Below are positions 27,958-38,399 of a stretch of 64,000 nucleotides of DNA, in pieces. This stretch comes from an uncultured virus (IMG/VR IMGVR_UViG_2061766007_000689). Taxonomy: Duplodnaviria > Heunggongvirae > Uroviricota > Caudoviricetes. The stretch is from IMG/VR virus record IMGVR_UViG_2061766007_000689; one strand, 5' to 3'. Made by a program: the position numbers and the translations under genes. The stretch's first letter is position 1. The number at the start of each line of letters is the position of its first letter. A model generated the notes under the pieces. That model was not told the DNA's origin, searched no databases, and worked only from the letters and a program-made list of their open reading frames with translations.

Positions 27958-28347
27958 TTAGTCTTCAGTGACCTTAGCCACATCGACAACACTTATGTAG
28001 TCAACGCGCGTAAGGTTTATAAAATGAGGGTGCGTATTCCTAGGGTCTGTATCACGCGGATATACCTCAAGGAACATGCGTTGGTTAAGCGCTGCCACAA
28101 ACTGATGCTCAGCACCTTTGATGATAGGCTCTTCCATGCTTGGAGGCAGGTCCATTGGTATACCTTCAAGCCGCATGAATGTGCTGCACTCACCTACTTC
28201 TTTGTCACTCTGACCGTCTGACTGGAAGTTTATATCAAGCCTTACAGTCACGCTGCGTGTCTTAGGTGCAGGCTGCTCTTTGAAGGCAAGAGCCTCGGTC
28301 TGTAATTTCTTTGCCTTGCTGCTCATCTCAGTTCTCCTCAAGTACAA
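27958..28347 (-). CDS. Hypothetical protein
   Basis: ORF; likely start at the second Met (MSSKAKK) after GAGGAG. Confidence 0.6.
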   Translation of the reverse strand: MYLRRTEMSSKAKKLQTEALAFKEQPAPKTRSVTVRLDINFQSDGQSDKEVGECSTFMRLEGIPMDLPPSMEEPIIKGAEHQFVAALNQRMFLEVYPRDTDPRNTHPHFINLTRVDYISVVDVAKVTED

Positions 28348-28591
28348 GAATAAAGTACTTCTGAGTGGCTACATCCTCAACCCACATGTGCACCACATGC
28401 CATCCGTCAGGTACTGCAACACCCACTGTCTTAGGGTCACGGATTGTTGCTTTACCTCCGAGTACACTGACACTAGATATGTTAGACAGACTTGCTGACA
28501 TCCATACAATTTTCTGCTTCTTATGTGCCTCAGCAAACATAGCAGAAACCATCACAATGACCATAAGCATAACAGCCATCATCTTTTTCAT
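28328..28591 (-). CDS. Small exported protein
   Basis: AAGGAG RBS; MKKMMAVMLMVIVMVSAMFA/EA signal peptide. Confidence 0.65.
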   Translation of the reverse strand: MKKMMAVMLMVIVMVSAMFAEAHKKQKIVWMSASLSNISSVSVLGGKATIRDPKTVGVAVPDGWHVVHMWVEDVATQKYFILVLEEN

Positions 28592-28644
28592 GTTAAATCT
28601 CCTTACAATGTATTCTACACCGGGCATATACCCGGAAATAATAC

Positions 28645-29196
28645 CTAAACTTCAAGCTCTACAGTGTTGACTTCCTGAAAGTGCATGCAGGCAGGTATCT
28701 GGTCCATAGTAATCTGCTGCACGCCCGTAGTCACTCCGAGCTTGTCCTTAAGGAACGCCTTAAGTGATGCCGTGTTCACTGTGGTGTTCTCTACATATGG
28801 TATATGCTGCTCGTCAAGCATCGCCATGCTCTCCGCTGCTACCGTAGCGTCGTGCTGGATAAGATGCTCTCCGCCGTTCTCACGCAGCCACTTGGCAATG
28901 AGCGCACGGTCAGCAGCGTTCTTATTGGGCTGGCAGTAGAAGTTGCGCTTGACCTTCATAACACCGCCCGACGACAGCGACAGGCTGTCCACACCCAGAG
29001 CATACATCTCGTTCGGAAGCACGGTGTTCGCATAATGCTCATACGCTTTGCGTGCAGTTTCCGCCTTCTCCTCAGCCTCAAGAGCAGCAAGCTTAAGCTG
29101 CTTAAGGCGCTCGCCCATGGCTGCAAGGTTCTTGAGCACTTCCTTGTCGTGCTCCTGAATACCTTCCTGCTCCAAAAAATCTAAACTGTCACTCAT
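28645..29196 (-). CDS. Conserved phage replication-module protein (coiled coil, WLRENG, VNTASLKAF)
   Basis: LP..M...G.DS..L..G...WLRENG..HLI...VNT.SLKAF pattern, recalled from PolA phage modules. Confidence 0.6.
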   Translation of the reverse strand: MSDSLDFLEQEGIQEHDKEVLKNLAAMGERLKQLKLAALEAEEKAETARKAYEHYANTVLPNEMYALGVDSLSLSSGGVMKVKRNFYCQPNKNAADRALIAKWLRENGGEHLIQHDATVAAESMAMLDEQHIPYVENTTVNTASLKAFLKDKLGVTTGVQQITMDQIPACMHFQEVNTVELEV

Positions 29197-29198
29197 GC

Positions 29199-29414
29199 TT
29201 AACCCCTCCTGCCTGTAAGTTTACGTATGTCCGATGCCATCTTCTCAACACTCTTGAGTATGGTTTCTTCCTTGACTTCTACAGGAACATCTTCGCCGAG
29301 TTCATCATACCTTTCTATACAGTGTACCATACTTACCTGCACCATGCCCGATATGAACGGCATATAAGCGTCCCTGAGAGCCGCCTCAAGTTTTTTCTCA
29401 AACTCTTCTGACAT
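29199..29414 (-). CDS. Hypothetical protein
   Basis: AAGGAG RBS; directly downstream of a boxed promoter. Confidence 0.65.
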   Translation of the reverse strand: MSEEFEKKLEAALRDAYMPFISGMVQVSMVHCIERYDELGEDVPVEVKEETILKSVEKMASDIRKLTGRRG

Positions 29415-29438
29415 AAATGTCTCCTTTAATGTGCATGC

Positions 29439-29480
29439 ATCTTATCACAAACTGCCGCTTATGCAAGCTCATTAATTAAT
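29439..29480 (-). promoter_or_regulatory. Promoter: ATTAATTAAT-N26-TAAGAT (extended -10)
   Basis: Box at 29471-29480; TGA-TAAGAT on the minus strand. Confidence 0.6.
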
Positions 29481-29498
29481 TTTTATGCACAAAATCGT

Positions 29499-29717
29499 CT
29501 AAAAAGACCGAAACTTGCGCCTGAACTCTTCACGCTCACGGCAGAACACTCTGATGCCGTCCGTATATACCACATAGTGCAGCTCTTCCCTGCCATTGGT
29601 ACACTCAATAACATCGTCGTATAACACTGTGTACCGCTTTCCCGTCTTGACATGCACAGCCCTTACGCACCCATGCAGCGCATCATCAACCTTCCTCTGG
29701 TTCATGTTCCACCTCAT
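29499..29717 (-). CDS. DUF1653-like protein
   Basis: HVKTGKRYTVL...ECTN...VVY....FCRE..EF..KF. Confidence 0.7.
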   Translation of the reverse strand: MRWNMNQRKVDDALHGCVRAVHVKTGKRYTVLYDDVIECTNGREELHYVVYTDGIRVFCREREEFRRKFRSF

Positions 29718-30454
29718 TCTCCGTGCCGAAACCGAACACGGCTAACCTTTCTGTCATACCGTTACCCGGTGTCAAAGTCACCTCGCAGCGCACGTTCACA
29801 CCGAGAAATGCCATCACGTCTGCATCTTCCATGTACAATGACTGCATACTCTGCATGAGCGCAGACGCATGACGCAGGAACTCCTTCACCCTGTCACTGC
29901 AGTAACCGGGTCCTTTAGCCATAGCACGCTTAATGGCTTCAGCACTTACAGCTTTCTTCTGTACAGTGTCCTTAAAGCTTTCCATATTTCTTCCCCCTTT
30001 CAGCAATCGCCAAGTTCTTTAGCAAGCATGTTATTAATATCCTGAAGACTTTCCATAGTGGAAAAGCCTTCATCACAGCTACGCAGCCATATTGCATGGT
30101 CCTTTACGAACGATATATCATTGATATTCACAAGGAACGGGTCACCGTCCCCATCGTGCAGCAGTATGAAGCTTGTAAACTTTGCCATCAGAATACCCCC
30201 TTTTCTTTTTCATCTCTGGCATCCAGCATTTCCCTGAGAATCAAAATCTTGTCCATGCATCTAGGGCATAGGCAGACCCTAGATGCATACATGTTGTTAC
30301 CCATCTTAGCTGCGATACAATACACCGCCCTGCCTGTCTCCTCGCATAACATGCAGCGCTCCTGCTTAACGGTGTCCGAATCAGGAGCCAGCTTAAGAAA
30401 CTCCATCATGCTACAACACCTCCTTAAGACCACCCTTATCACGGATGTAGTCAA
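29686..30454 (-). CDS. Three small hypothetical ORFs (29686-30006, 30000-30188, 30188-30454); the last has CxxC pairs
   Basis: Coupled stop/start junctions. Confidence 0.55.
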
Positions 30455-32288
30455 GCAGACCCTTCTTCATGCGGAGTGACTCAGCAACCGCCCTGTCAAT
30501 CTCACAGGAGGCATAGTCAACATACAAGCACGGCTCAGTCTGACCCATGCGGAACGTGCGGAACTCTGACTGCTGCCTGAGCTCCATATCATATGAGTTA
30601 CTGTAGTACAGAGTAGTGTGGCTGACCTGAAGATTATGTCCCCTTGCTATCTTGCATATATTTGCTACGATAATATCATGCTCGCCCTTCTTGAATCCTT
30701 CAAGAGTACCTACTGTCTTCCATCCTGTCCACAGGCACACGTCATACTTGTCCTTCAGAAGGTCATATATCTTTGCAGCCTCAGCACTGAACCTTGTGAT
30801 GATGAGCAGCGGCTTGTCGAGCTCATCAANNNNNNNNNNNNNNNNNNNNNNNNNNNNNNNNNNNNNNNNNNNNNNNNNNNNNNNNNNNNNNNAACGGCAC
30901 GTCCTCATCTGCGAATGACTCCTGATGTGCCATGATAAAGCCTGAGCTTATCTGCTGCAGACGCAGGTTCACGACAAGCTTGGTACGTGCGGTGGCAGTG
31001 TGCTCGTCGTATGAAGTCATCAGCTCCTTCTTCATCTCGTTGTAGCACTTCTTCTGAGCGTCAGACATGGCAACCTGCTTGACGATATAGTTGCAAGGCG
31101 GCATGTCCACGCAGTCAGTAAGCTTGGCAAACACAGCGCTCGGCTCAAGCAGCTTCTTAAGCTCGTCAGCATGCTTGTACGGTCCAGAGTATCTGTCCTG
31201 ATTCATTACCGTAAGCCAAGTGTCTTCCGTGCACCCGAAGAGGTTGTATGCCTCAAGGTAGCTTGAGCAGCCCCTGATGCCATGCCATGTCTTCTCGGTA
31301 AGCGGCACATTGACAGTGCGGTCCTGAACGACAAGGCGTGTGTGCATGCCATAGTAGTTTGTGAAGCTGTAGTAATTCCGTCCGAAGTAGTTCGGCTCGA
31401 TGAACTCCATTATCGCCCACAGGTCAAGCGGACCGTTCGTTACAGGCGTACCTGTAAGCACGAACCGTACAGGGCTTATCTTCTTGGATGATATTATGCT
31501 ACGTCTGTGGCGTACCACTTCGTTGAACTCATAGAGCAGGCGCTGGCTTCTCTTGCTTGACGGATTCTTGATAACCGTAGCCTCATCAATGATGATTGCC
31601 GTGTCATGCAGGTTAGCCCAGTCAACTACATCCTTCCATTTCTCAGGTGTAGAGAACGTATCAACATTGATACACAAGATATGCAGCTTGCCGTCCTTGT
31701 AATCAAAAGCACTGAACTGCTTCTGACNNNNNNNNNNNNNNNNNNNNNNNNNNNNNNNNNNNNNNNCTCCTGAGCAACAGCCCTTCGGAGCACGCTGCTT
31801 GTGTCAGTAAGGTCATCATACCATTGCTTGTGCACATCATTAGGAGCAACCACAAGCAGGCTGTTTATCTTGCCTGCCTTGAACTTGTCACACATGATTA
31901 TCATCGATGTAAGCGTCTTACCGCAGCCCATCTCAAAGAACAGCGCACCTGCATCCTTGTCACGGAACTTTTCCCTAGCGTCCTGCTGGTGCTTGCGGAG
32001 CACTACGCTGAGCTCCTCTTCTTCACGCTCGCGCGGAGCTTCACGCTGCTTTGTATGCCTTGAGGCAGACACTACCTGCGAATGACCCCCCTCATCGGGC
32101 TCAGGCTGCAGCACTTTCACAGGCTCGCCTACCTTTATGGGCTCAACCTTCTTAGGCGGCTTGCTCATAAAGCCCGGGCAACAGTACAACGGGTCAACAC
32201 GCTGCTTGCTCAGGAAACAGATGCATGTCTTCTCTGCATCCCTAGTGCTCTCATCGAATCTTGCACAGAATATACAATGATTAGCCAT
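30411..32288 (-). CDS. SNF2-family helicase; one gene split by N gaps, with a Cys-rich N-terminal extension
   Basis: LRKHQ, FEMGCGKT, LVVAP, IIIDEA, LTGTP, ARGHNLQ and QSEFRTFRMGQ occur in order across three ORF fragments separated only by gaps. Confidence 0.9.
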
Positions 32289-32309
32289 ATCAATCCCCCA
32301 TGATAATCT

Positions 32310-35300
32310 TTAGCAAACACTTAAATCTAACAAGTTATCTAGTATAGCATCACCACATTTCTTATTGGGCTTAGTACCCTCACACTCGTCCTTACCATCT
32401 ATATTCAATGGACAAAATTGACATGGACTTATATTGAAAGCATGATAGCTTTCACTGTAAAGAGCAAGAAGCTTCTCAAGCTTGTTCTTATCAACCTTTA
32501 CTGTTTCCATTGTCAACACTCCTGTTTACTAACTTAAGAAATTCTCTTGCTTCTTCTTGAGCAATAATCATTTCATCAGTCTCACCTGAAGCAAACGATT
32601 GAAGTATGCATGTAGCTTTAGCAAGCTTATTATGTAGCTCCTTATTCGCCTTGTTACATGCGTATAAGTCTTGCTTAAGCCCCAAGACCTCTTCCAGCAG
32701 CTTCACCTTCTGCTCAGCAAGGTCGCCACATGCTGTAGTAAGCTTGAGGCAGCTCTCACGCATATCTCTCAGGTCCTGCTGCAGCTGCTTCAACTGCTTC
32801 CTATCCGTATTAAAGATGCTCATTTACCTTCTCCTAGATATTCCTTGGTGGCTGTATGCCATTCATCATCACCCCAGCGTCTTACCTTTACGCTTAAGGG
32901 TATAAGGTCATTATCTTTATCAAGCTCATACATGTAATTGGTACTCACCATATGCAATTGTTTAGTTGTATACTGACCCTTGCCCTTAGCAAGCCACTCA
33001 ACAAACTCACGGTTCGTTACCGTCGGTTCATCAGGCGGTTCAACAAGATACGCAAATAGCCATGTTGTGCCGAGGCGTTTATCAGGGCATACAGAAGCTA
33101 GGAATCTGGCACTCTCGTTAGGGTTGTTAATACCTACCAAAAGCTGCACGTTGTCACCTTCCCTTACTTTTGATTCCAATGTCGCAATATTATCCGCTAC
33201 AACAACCTTGCTGCCGGGCTTCAGCTCGTCAGCGTTCAGGGCTGTATACACCCTGCTCTTATCGTATTCCATACCCTACTCCTTTTTCATGTGCGCCTTA
33301 ACAGCGGTCACGTATACTTCTACAAGGTCATCAACCCTTGCATGATCATATTCAATCTCATCATGGAAGTCACTGCGGTCAACCAGCTCATGGTTGTGCC
33401 GTATCCAGTCCCTAGCTTCCTGCTCAAGCACCTTGTCAATGATAGGCTCAATTATCTGTGCTACAGAAAGCCTCAGTTCCTTCATCTCCTTGTCCCTAGC
33501 TTGAAGAATGTCACGCAATGCTTCAAGCTTTCTCTTCAGTATTATATTATCCTGCTGAAGCTCACACTTATCTTTTTCCAAATCCTTTATCTTGTGCTCA
33601 TAGGACAACATCACGGTTCTATATCCGTCACGGTCACTTGTGACCCTGCACAAGTCATCTTTCAATTCTGTAATATAATTAATACTTTTTTCAAGTATTA
33701 AGACCCTTTCTTCACCAATCACATCATACCAATGCCCAAAATAATCAATAGTTTGCTTTAATTTTTCAAGTTCTTCTTCTGTCATTTATCCACCCCCAAT
33801 GTTATATCCAAAGTGCGGCACACAGCAGCAATCAAGCCACACACTACTATTCTATCATCAATGTCTGTCCATGAAGCCAGATATTTGTCCTTATAATATA
33901 AAGAGCACATCATATGATGCTTCGAGATAGGCTGCTTCTTTACTTCAAGTATACCATGCTTAAAGTAAAATCTGCGTCGTTGATTCATCTTAATAAACAA
34001 AAGCTCCTGATAGTAAGGATTCAGAGTGAAGCCCTTACCATCGTCTGTCCTACACAGCATACTGTCTCCTTAATAGTCATCATCACCAAAGCAATCATCG
34101 TAGAAGTCCTCGTCTTCCACGAAGTCATTATCCAAGCTATCATATCCAGCCCATGCTTCATCACTGTCCCACAGGATGAAGTCATATACATCGTCTGTAT
34201 ATTCTGCCATCTATCGCCCACCTATGTATACTTTCTCAGTGTCATCGTTCACATGGTTCAGCCATGACTTATTATGTCCGCTGAAGTGTCCATGTTCACC
34301 GTCATCAAACACAACAGGCACTATCTTGTAGCGTCCCTTTCCCTGCCTCTGTATTTTCAAGAGCTCACTGACAAGCTCATCAACTGTCATTAATTTATCA
34401 GCTGACATACTATCTTCTTCCAAACCTCTGATATACACCAGTAAGGCTGTAGTACTCTGTCATATCAGAATCATCAATGAAGATAATTCCGCCGTCACTA
34501 GCTAAGTATACAGCTTCAAGCTCAGGGTACTTCGTCTGCAACAGTTTTGTAACCTCGCTAACTGCGCCTTCAGCCTCACACATCTTGCTTGCAGCCACTT
34601 CTGAAAGGCTTTCTATCTGCTTTTCAAAAGTCTTCACACTATCTCCTATTCCACTTATTGATGGTGTCATAGAAACACCAGCTTACCGCGATTACCAGCC
34701 CAATAATTATCCCCAGTAAATCCTTGTCCATTACTTGTCCACCACCTTGTAATAGCATCTGTACTCAGCCATATCAATCTCAAAGACCGAGCCGTTGCTC
34801 CTGCGCAACGTCACCTTACGATGCACAGTGTCAAACTTAAGCACATCGTAGCTTCCACCTGTATACTTGTTTATTACCTTGAACAACACATCATCCATTA
34901 CACAACCTCTGTAATTCTTCCTTAGATATACTGCTAAGCGGCACATGGTACGTCTGCTGTGTACCCTTGTGGCTCAGCACCGCCACATACTCCCCGGCTA
35001 TCCTGCNNNNNNNNNNNNNNNNACATGTTTATTACCATGAAATCAGCCTTGTCACATGCGAATGACCTACTCATTTCTTCTTCCTTAAGGTCGTCCAGTG
35101 CTCATAGTTACAGCGCTTGTTGGAACACCAGCTGTACTTCTTAGTATGCTCCTCGTTAAGCAGGCTGCTTAACGGATATGTGCATAAAGGGCACTGGCGC
35201 ATGGGCGAACCCTGCTTGCGCGGTGCATTAAACTTAGGCATAGCTTCTCCTTATGATGTAACTGTCCAGCTCATCGAGCCGTCTTCCATAGTATATGCAG

Positions 35301-35560
35301 GCATCTCGCCTGCCGCATCAAAGTTGATGTGCTTTATATACTGACGCTTGTCCCTGTCATCCAGCCACTTATGCTCATGGTACGTGACAGGCAGATACTC
35401 AGCACTTGCCGAATCATACGTGATGCTTGCCACATTCTCCACAGGCTCAGCGTCCAAAGGCACNNNNNNNNNNNNNNNNNNNNNNNNNNNNNNNNNNNNN
35501 NNNNNNNNNNNNNNNNNNNNNNNNNNNNNNNNNNNNNNNNNNNNCACCACTGTGCACATG
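32310..35560 (-). CDS. Cluster of small hypothetical ORFs (32310-32519, 32491-32823, 32820-33272, 33276-33785, 33782-34060, 34211-34438, 34410-34670, 34731-34946 and gap-broken ORFs), partly AT-rich
   Basis: Overlapping stop/start junctions; no recognisable enzyme motifs. Confidence 0.55.
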
Positions 35561-35720
35561 TGCGTATATGTTCGAGCATATCATGTCTGTCTCAAGACAA
35601 AGACTAAGCAGGCCCTTCAACGTCTTATACCACTCCGAGCTTAAGAATATCTCATCATGTGCATCCTCCCCAGTTCTTATCAGAGTAGCTGCAAGCAGCA
35701 GCCACCCTCTATTTTCCTTA

Positions 35721-36470
35721 CTAATCATCTTTCACACGTTCCATCCAATCATAAGTCTCGCCCACTATGTCAAACCTTGGGTCATACCTGCCACTTGTCC
35801 AGTTCTCCTCCATAAGATACCTATACGGGTTGTCAGCCCTAGGTTCCACATACACCAGATTATCCCCATCATATATCCTTATGAACAGATGATGAAACTT
35901 GGTGGTAGGGTTGTAGTTCCGTATTATAGTGCACATCGTCGCACGCTCAGGGAAGGCTGCATCCCACTCACGCTTGAACGTGCACGTATAATCGATGCAG
36001 TTCACCAGCCCGTCACGGTTAAGGTCACGTACCTGCGAATGGGTCAGCTTCATTACCTGAACAATCCGCCTGTCAAGCTCAGCTGGCATGTGAGCCCTGT
36101 CAGGCTTGGCAGCAGGCATGCTGCTGCACCCAAAAATCAGGAACGGCAGCGACATGAACACTGCAACAAAGACAATGCAACCCAGCAGCCTAAGGACCAC
36201 ACCCCTGAAGCTTGACCATGCTATAGGGTCAGCACTACGTTCCAGCCACATCTCAGCCGTGTAGTGGTCACACCTCTGCTTGTCATAGTCAGACAGCTGC
36301 TTGTAGCACTTCTGGTATCTCAGGTTAATCCTGCATGTCTTGCACTGCTCGCGCGTGCACCTGCCGAACTGCACCTTGCACATGCAGGCTGAGCGGCTCT
36401 TTGCAAGCTCGCGCACCGCCAAGTCTTCAAAGGACTCCTCACGGTGTATAAAACGGAAATCGTCAGCCAT
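35721..36470 (-). CDS. Membrane or lipoprotein-like protein with a Cys-rich N-terminus and a possible transglutaminase-like Cys-His domain
   Basis: Internal hydrophobic segment ending LIFG/CSS; DLNRDGLVNCIDY...HHLFI...YVEP. Confidence 0.45.
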   Translation of the reverse strand: MADDFRFIHREESFEDLAVRELAKSRSACMCKVQFGRCTREQCKTCRINLRYQKCYKQLSDYDKQRCDHYTAEMWLERSADPIAWSSFRGVVLRLLGCIVFVAVFMSLPFLIFGCSSMPAAKPDRAHMPAELDRRIVQVMKLTHSQVRDLNRDGLVNCIDYTCTFKREWDAAFPERATMCTIIRNYNPTTKFHHLFIRIYDGDNLVYVEPRADNPYRYLMEENWTSGRYDPRFDIVGETYDWMERVKDD

Positions 36471-36493
36471 CAGCTCCCCCTTTCACAGCAACT

Positions 36494-36534
36494 ATAATAT
36501 AGAAAAAACATGCCCAATTCCGATATTAATTAAT
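36494..36534 (-). promoter_or_regulatory. Promoter: ATTAATTAAT-N25-TATTAT
   Basis: Box at 36525-36534, upstream of the 36470 start. Confidence 0.55.
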
Positions 36535-36879
36535 ATACAGATGCAATGCGGCTTCCGCTTCCTTTATGGAAAGTCGGAACTTTGCGCCGAAATCAGGCTC
36601 AGGAAAGCCTGCCCATGACGTAGCTTCAAGCATCACGCCGTCACCGTCAAGCTCCATCACCTTACACGGCTCGCCGTCACAGCACTTAATCCAGTCACCC
36701 CAGCTGTCCATAAGGTCATAGACCTCACCCTCATTGCATAGTGCCCTACGCACGTAGTCACCTGCCGCAGTCACCCTGCCTTCTTCTGACAGGGTACCGT
36801 CACTGAGCCAGCCGAGTACACTGAACAGCCTGCCAATGTCAGCCGTCACCACGTCACCTGCCCTAACGTTCAATCCCAT
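36526..36879 (-). CDS. Hypothetical protein
   Basis: AGGAG RBS before ATG 36879; the longer called start overlaps a terminator. Confidence 0.6.
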   Translation of the reverse strand: MGLNVRAGDVVTADIGRLFSVLGWLSDGTLSEEGRVTAAGDYVRRALCNEGEVYDLMDSWGDWIKCCDGEPCKVMELDGDGVMLEATSWAGFPEPDFGAKFRLSIKEAEAALHLYIN

Positions 36880-36901
36880 ACATGCTCCTGTGTATAAAAT
36901 A

Positions 36902-36926
36902 AAAGCTCCCCAGAACGGGGAGCTTT
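36902..36926 (-). terminator. Intrinsic terminator
   Basis: AAAGCTCCCC-N5-GGGGAGCTTT followed by TATTTT on the minus strand. Confidence 0.8.
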
Positions 36927-36945
36927 GCGGCATAGCGGTCAGCTT

Positions 36946-37395
36946 TTAGAACGGAAGCTTTTCGATTACATACGTGCTGTCAAGCGGAGCGGAGGCGTTT
37001 TCAGTGAACTTAATCACGATACCCTTAGCCGCCCACTGCTTAACGTAGCCGTCAAGCTTGTGCTTGCTTTCGTACGTTGACTGGAGGTAGTCACGCAATG
37101 TGACCTTGTCGCCCACCTTAGGCGCACCGCCGAACACCTTTTCAAAGAATGTGCCTGAAATAGCTGTGCGGTCGTTCGGACGGCTGAGCTTCGTAAGCAT
37201 GTCGATTGCCGAGTCAGGAAGCTTGATTTTGTTCTTTTCAATGTATTCAAGCGTTTCCTTTGCAATCTTTGCACGCTCTTCCTTTACAGCGGCACATTTT
37301 GCCTTGTAAGCCTTAGCCTGTTCAGCCTTCTTCACCTGCTTCGGTGTCTTTTCCTGTGCCTGCTGTGCAGCCTTTGCATTGTTCATCATTTCCAT
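36946..37395 (-). CDS. Basic, probably highly expressed protein (possibly DNA-binding)
   Basis: AAGGAG RBS; K/A-rich N-terminus; has its own promoter and terminator. Confidence 0.7.
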   Translation of the reverse strand: MEMMNNAKAAQQAQEKTPKQVKKAEQAKAYKAKCAAVKEERAKIAKETLEYIEKNKIKLPDSAIDMLTKLSRPNDRTAISGTFFEKVFGGAPKVGDKVTLRDYLQSTYESKHKLDGYVKQWAAKGIVIKFTENASAPLDSTYVIEKLPF

Positions 37396-37432
37396 AGTAT
37401 GAACACTCCTTTAACAGTTGGTTTCTGCCATG

Positions 37433-37474
37433 ATAATACACCATGACGGCAGGATATACCGCATATTAATTAAT
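37433..37474 (-). promoter_or_regulatory. Promoter: ATTAATTAAT-N26-TATTAT
   Basis: Box at 37465-37474, upstream of the 37395 start. Confidence 0.55.
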
Positions 37475-37483
37475 ATATCCTTA

Positions 37484-37531
37484 CGGAACGCGCAGGAATT
37501 GAACCTGCCGCAGTGCCCTATGCAGCGTTCC
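37484..37531 (-). ncRNA. Minimal 48-nt tRNA-like element
   Basis: GGAACGC-T-GCA-TAGGGCAC-TGC-G-GCAGG-TTCAATT-CCTGC-GCGTTCC-G: perfect 7-bp acceptor, 5-bp T arm, one small D-like hairpin. Confidence 0.8.
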
Positions 37532-37689
37532 AAAGGTAGCACCAGCAACAATACCACCCGATGCGGCAAGATGAATGTAACATTTCCATATTAATTAACT
37601 GCAAGTTTCACTCAGCTTGAAAAAAGTTTTTCCGCTCCGAGTAAGAAAATGACATTAATTAATGTACTTTTGTCACATTCATCTGTGAC

Positions 37690-38252
37690 TTACTTAGTGG
37701 TACTGTTGATGAATGTCCACATCAAGGTCTCAAACATATCCTGCTTCCGCCAGAGGAACTCTATTGTTGCTGCATGCCCACCAGCGTCATCGCCCCACAG
37801 CACATCAGGGTCATAGTCCAGACAGCCCAGCAGCAGATGATGTCCTACCCACCGCACGATATTTTCCCTGACAGTTGCTGTCACGTCCCAGTCAAACTGT
37901 GCAGTCATGTGGCTCAGTATAGGTATAAGCACCTTCGGGCTCTTGCTTATGAACTTGCTGTAGTCATATATACTGCCAGCAGGCACAAGGTCATCCTTGA
38001 AGTGGTCCATCATTGATATGAAGCCTATGCCGTCCTGTGCTCTTACTACAGTGAGCGAGCACCTGCCTGCCGTCTTTGCGAAGTACTGCAAAGCCCATGC
38101 CTTCTGTCCCGGTCGCCAAGGCACCTTCACCTCTTTCCTGTCAGCCAGCTTCAGCTTCGGGCAGCTCTTGAGCTCAATCCAGTATTCATTGCCGTATCCC
38201 ACGGCATGTATGTCAGGGATACCGCAGACAGTTGAATGTGTCTCGATGCGGT
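37690..38252 (-). CDS. PD-(D/E)xK nuclease, Holliday junction resolvase-like; start lost in the gap
   Basis: The frame extends upstream of the called start: RIETHSTVCGIPDIHAVGYGNEYWIELK...WRPGQKAW. Confidence 0.8.
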
Positions 38253-38399
38253 NNNNNNNNNNNNNNNNNNNNNNNNNNNNNNNNNNNNNNNNNNNNNNNN
38301 NNNNNNNNNNNNNNNNNNNNNNNNNNNNNNNNNNNNNNNNNNNNNNNNNNNNNNNNNAGTATAGCTACCCCAATCATAATCATACCTGCGAATGACCTC

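Noticed and set aside
30411..32288. Apparent frameshifts or split of the SNF2 helicase
   Set aside because: Frame changes coincide with N gaps of estimated length.
36880..36933. Called N-terminus of ORF 36526-36933
   Set aside because: It overlaps an intrinsic terminator; the RBS-supported start is 36879.
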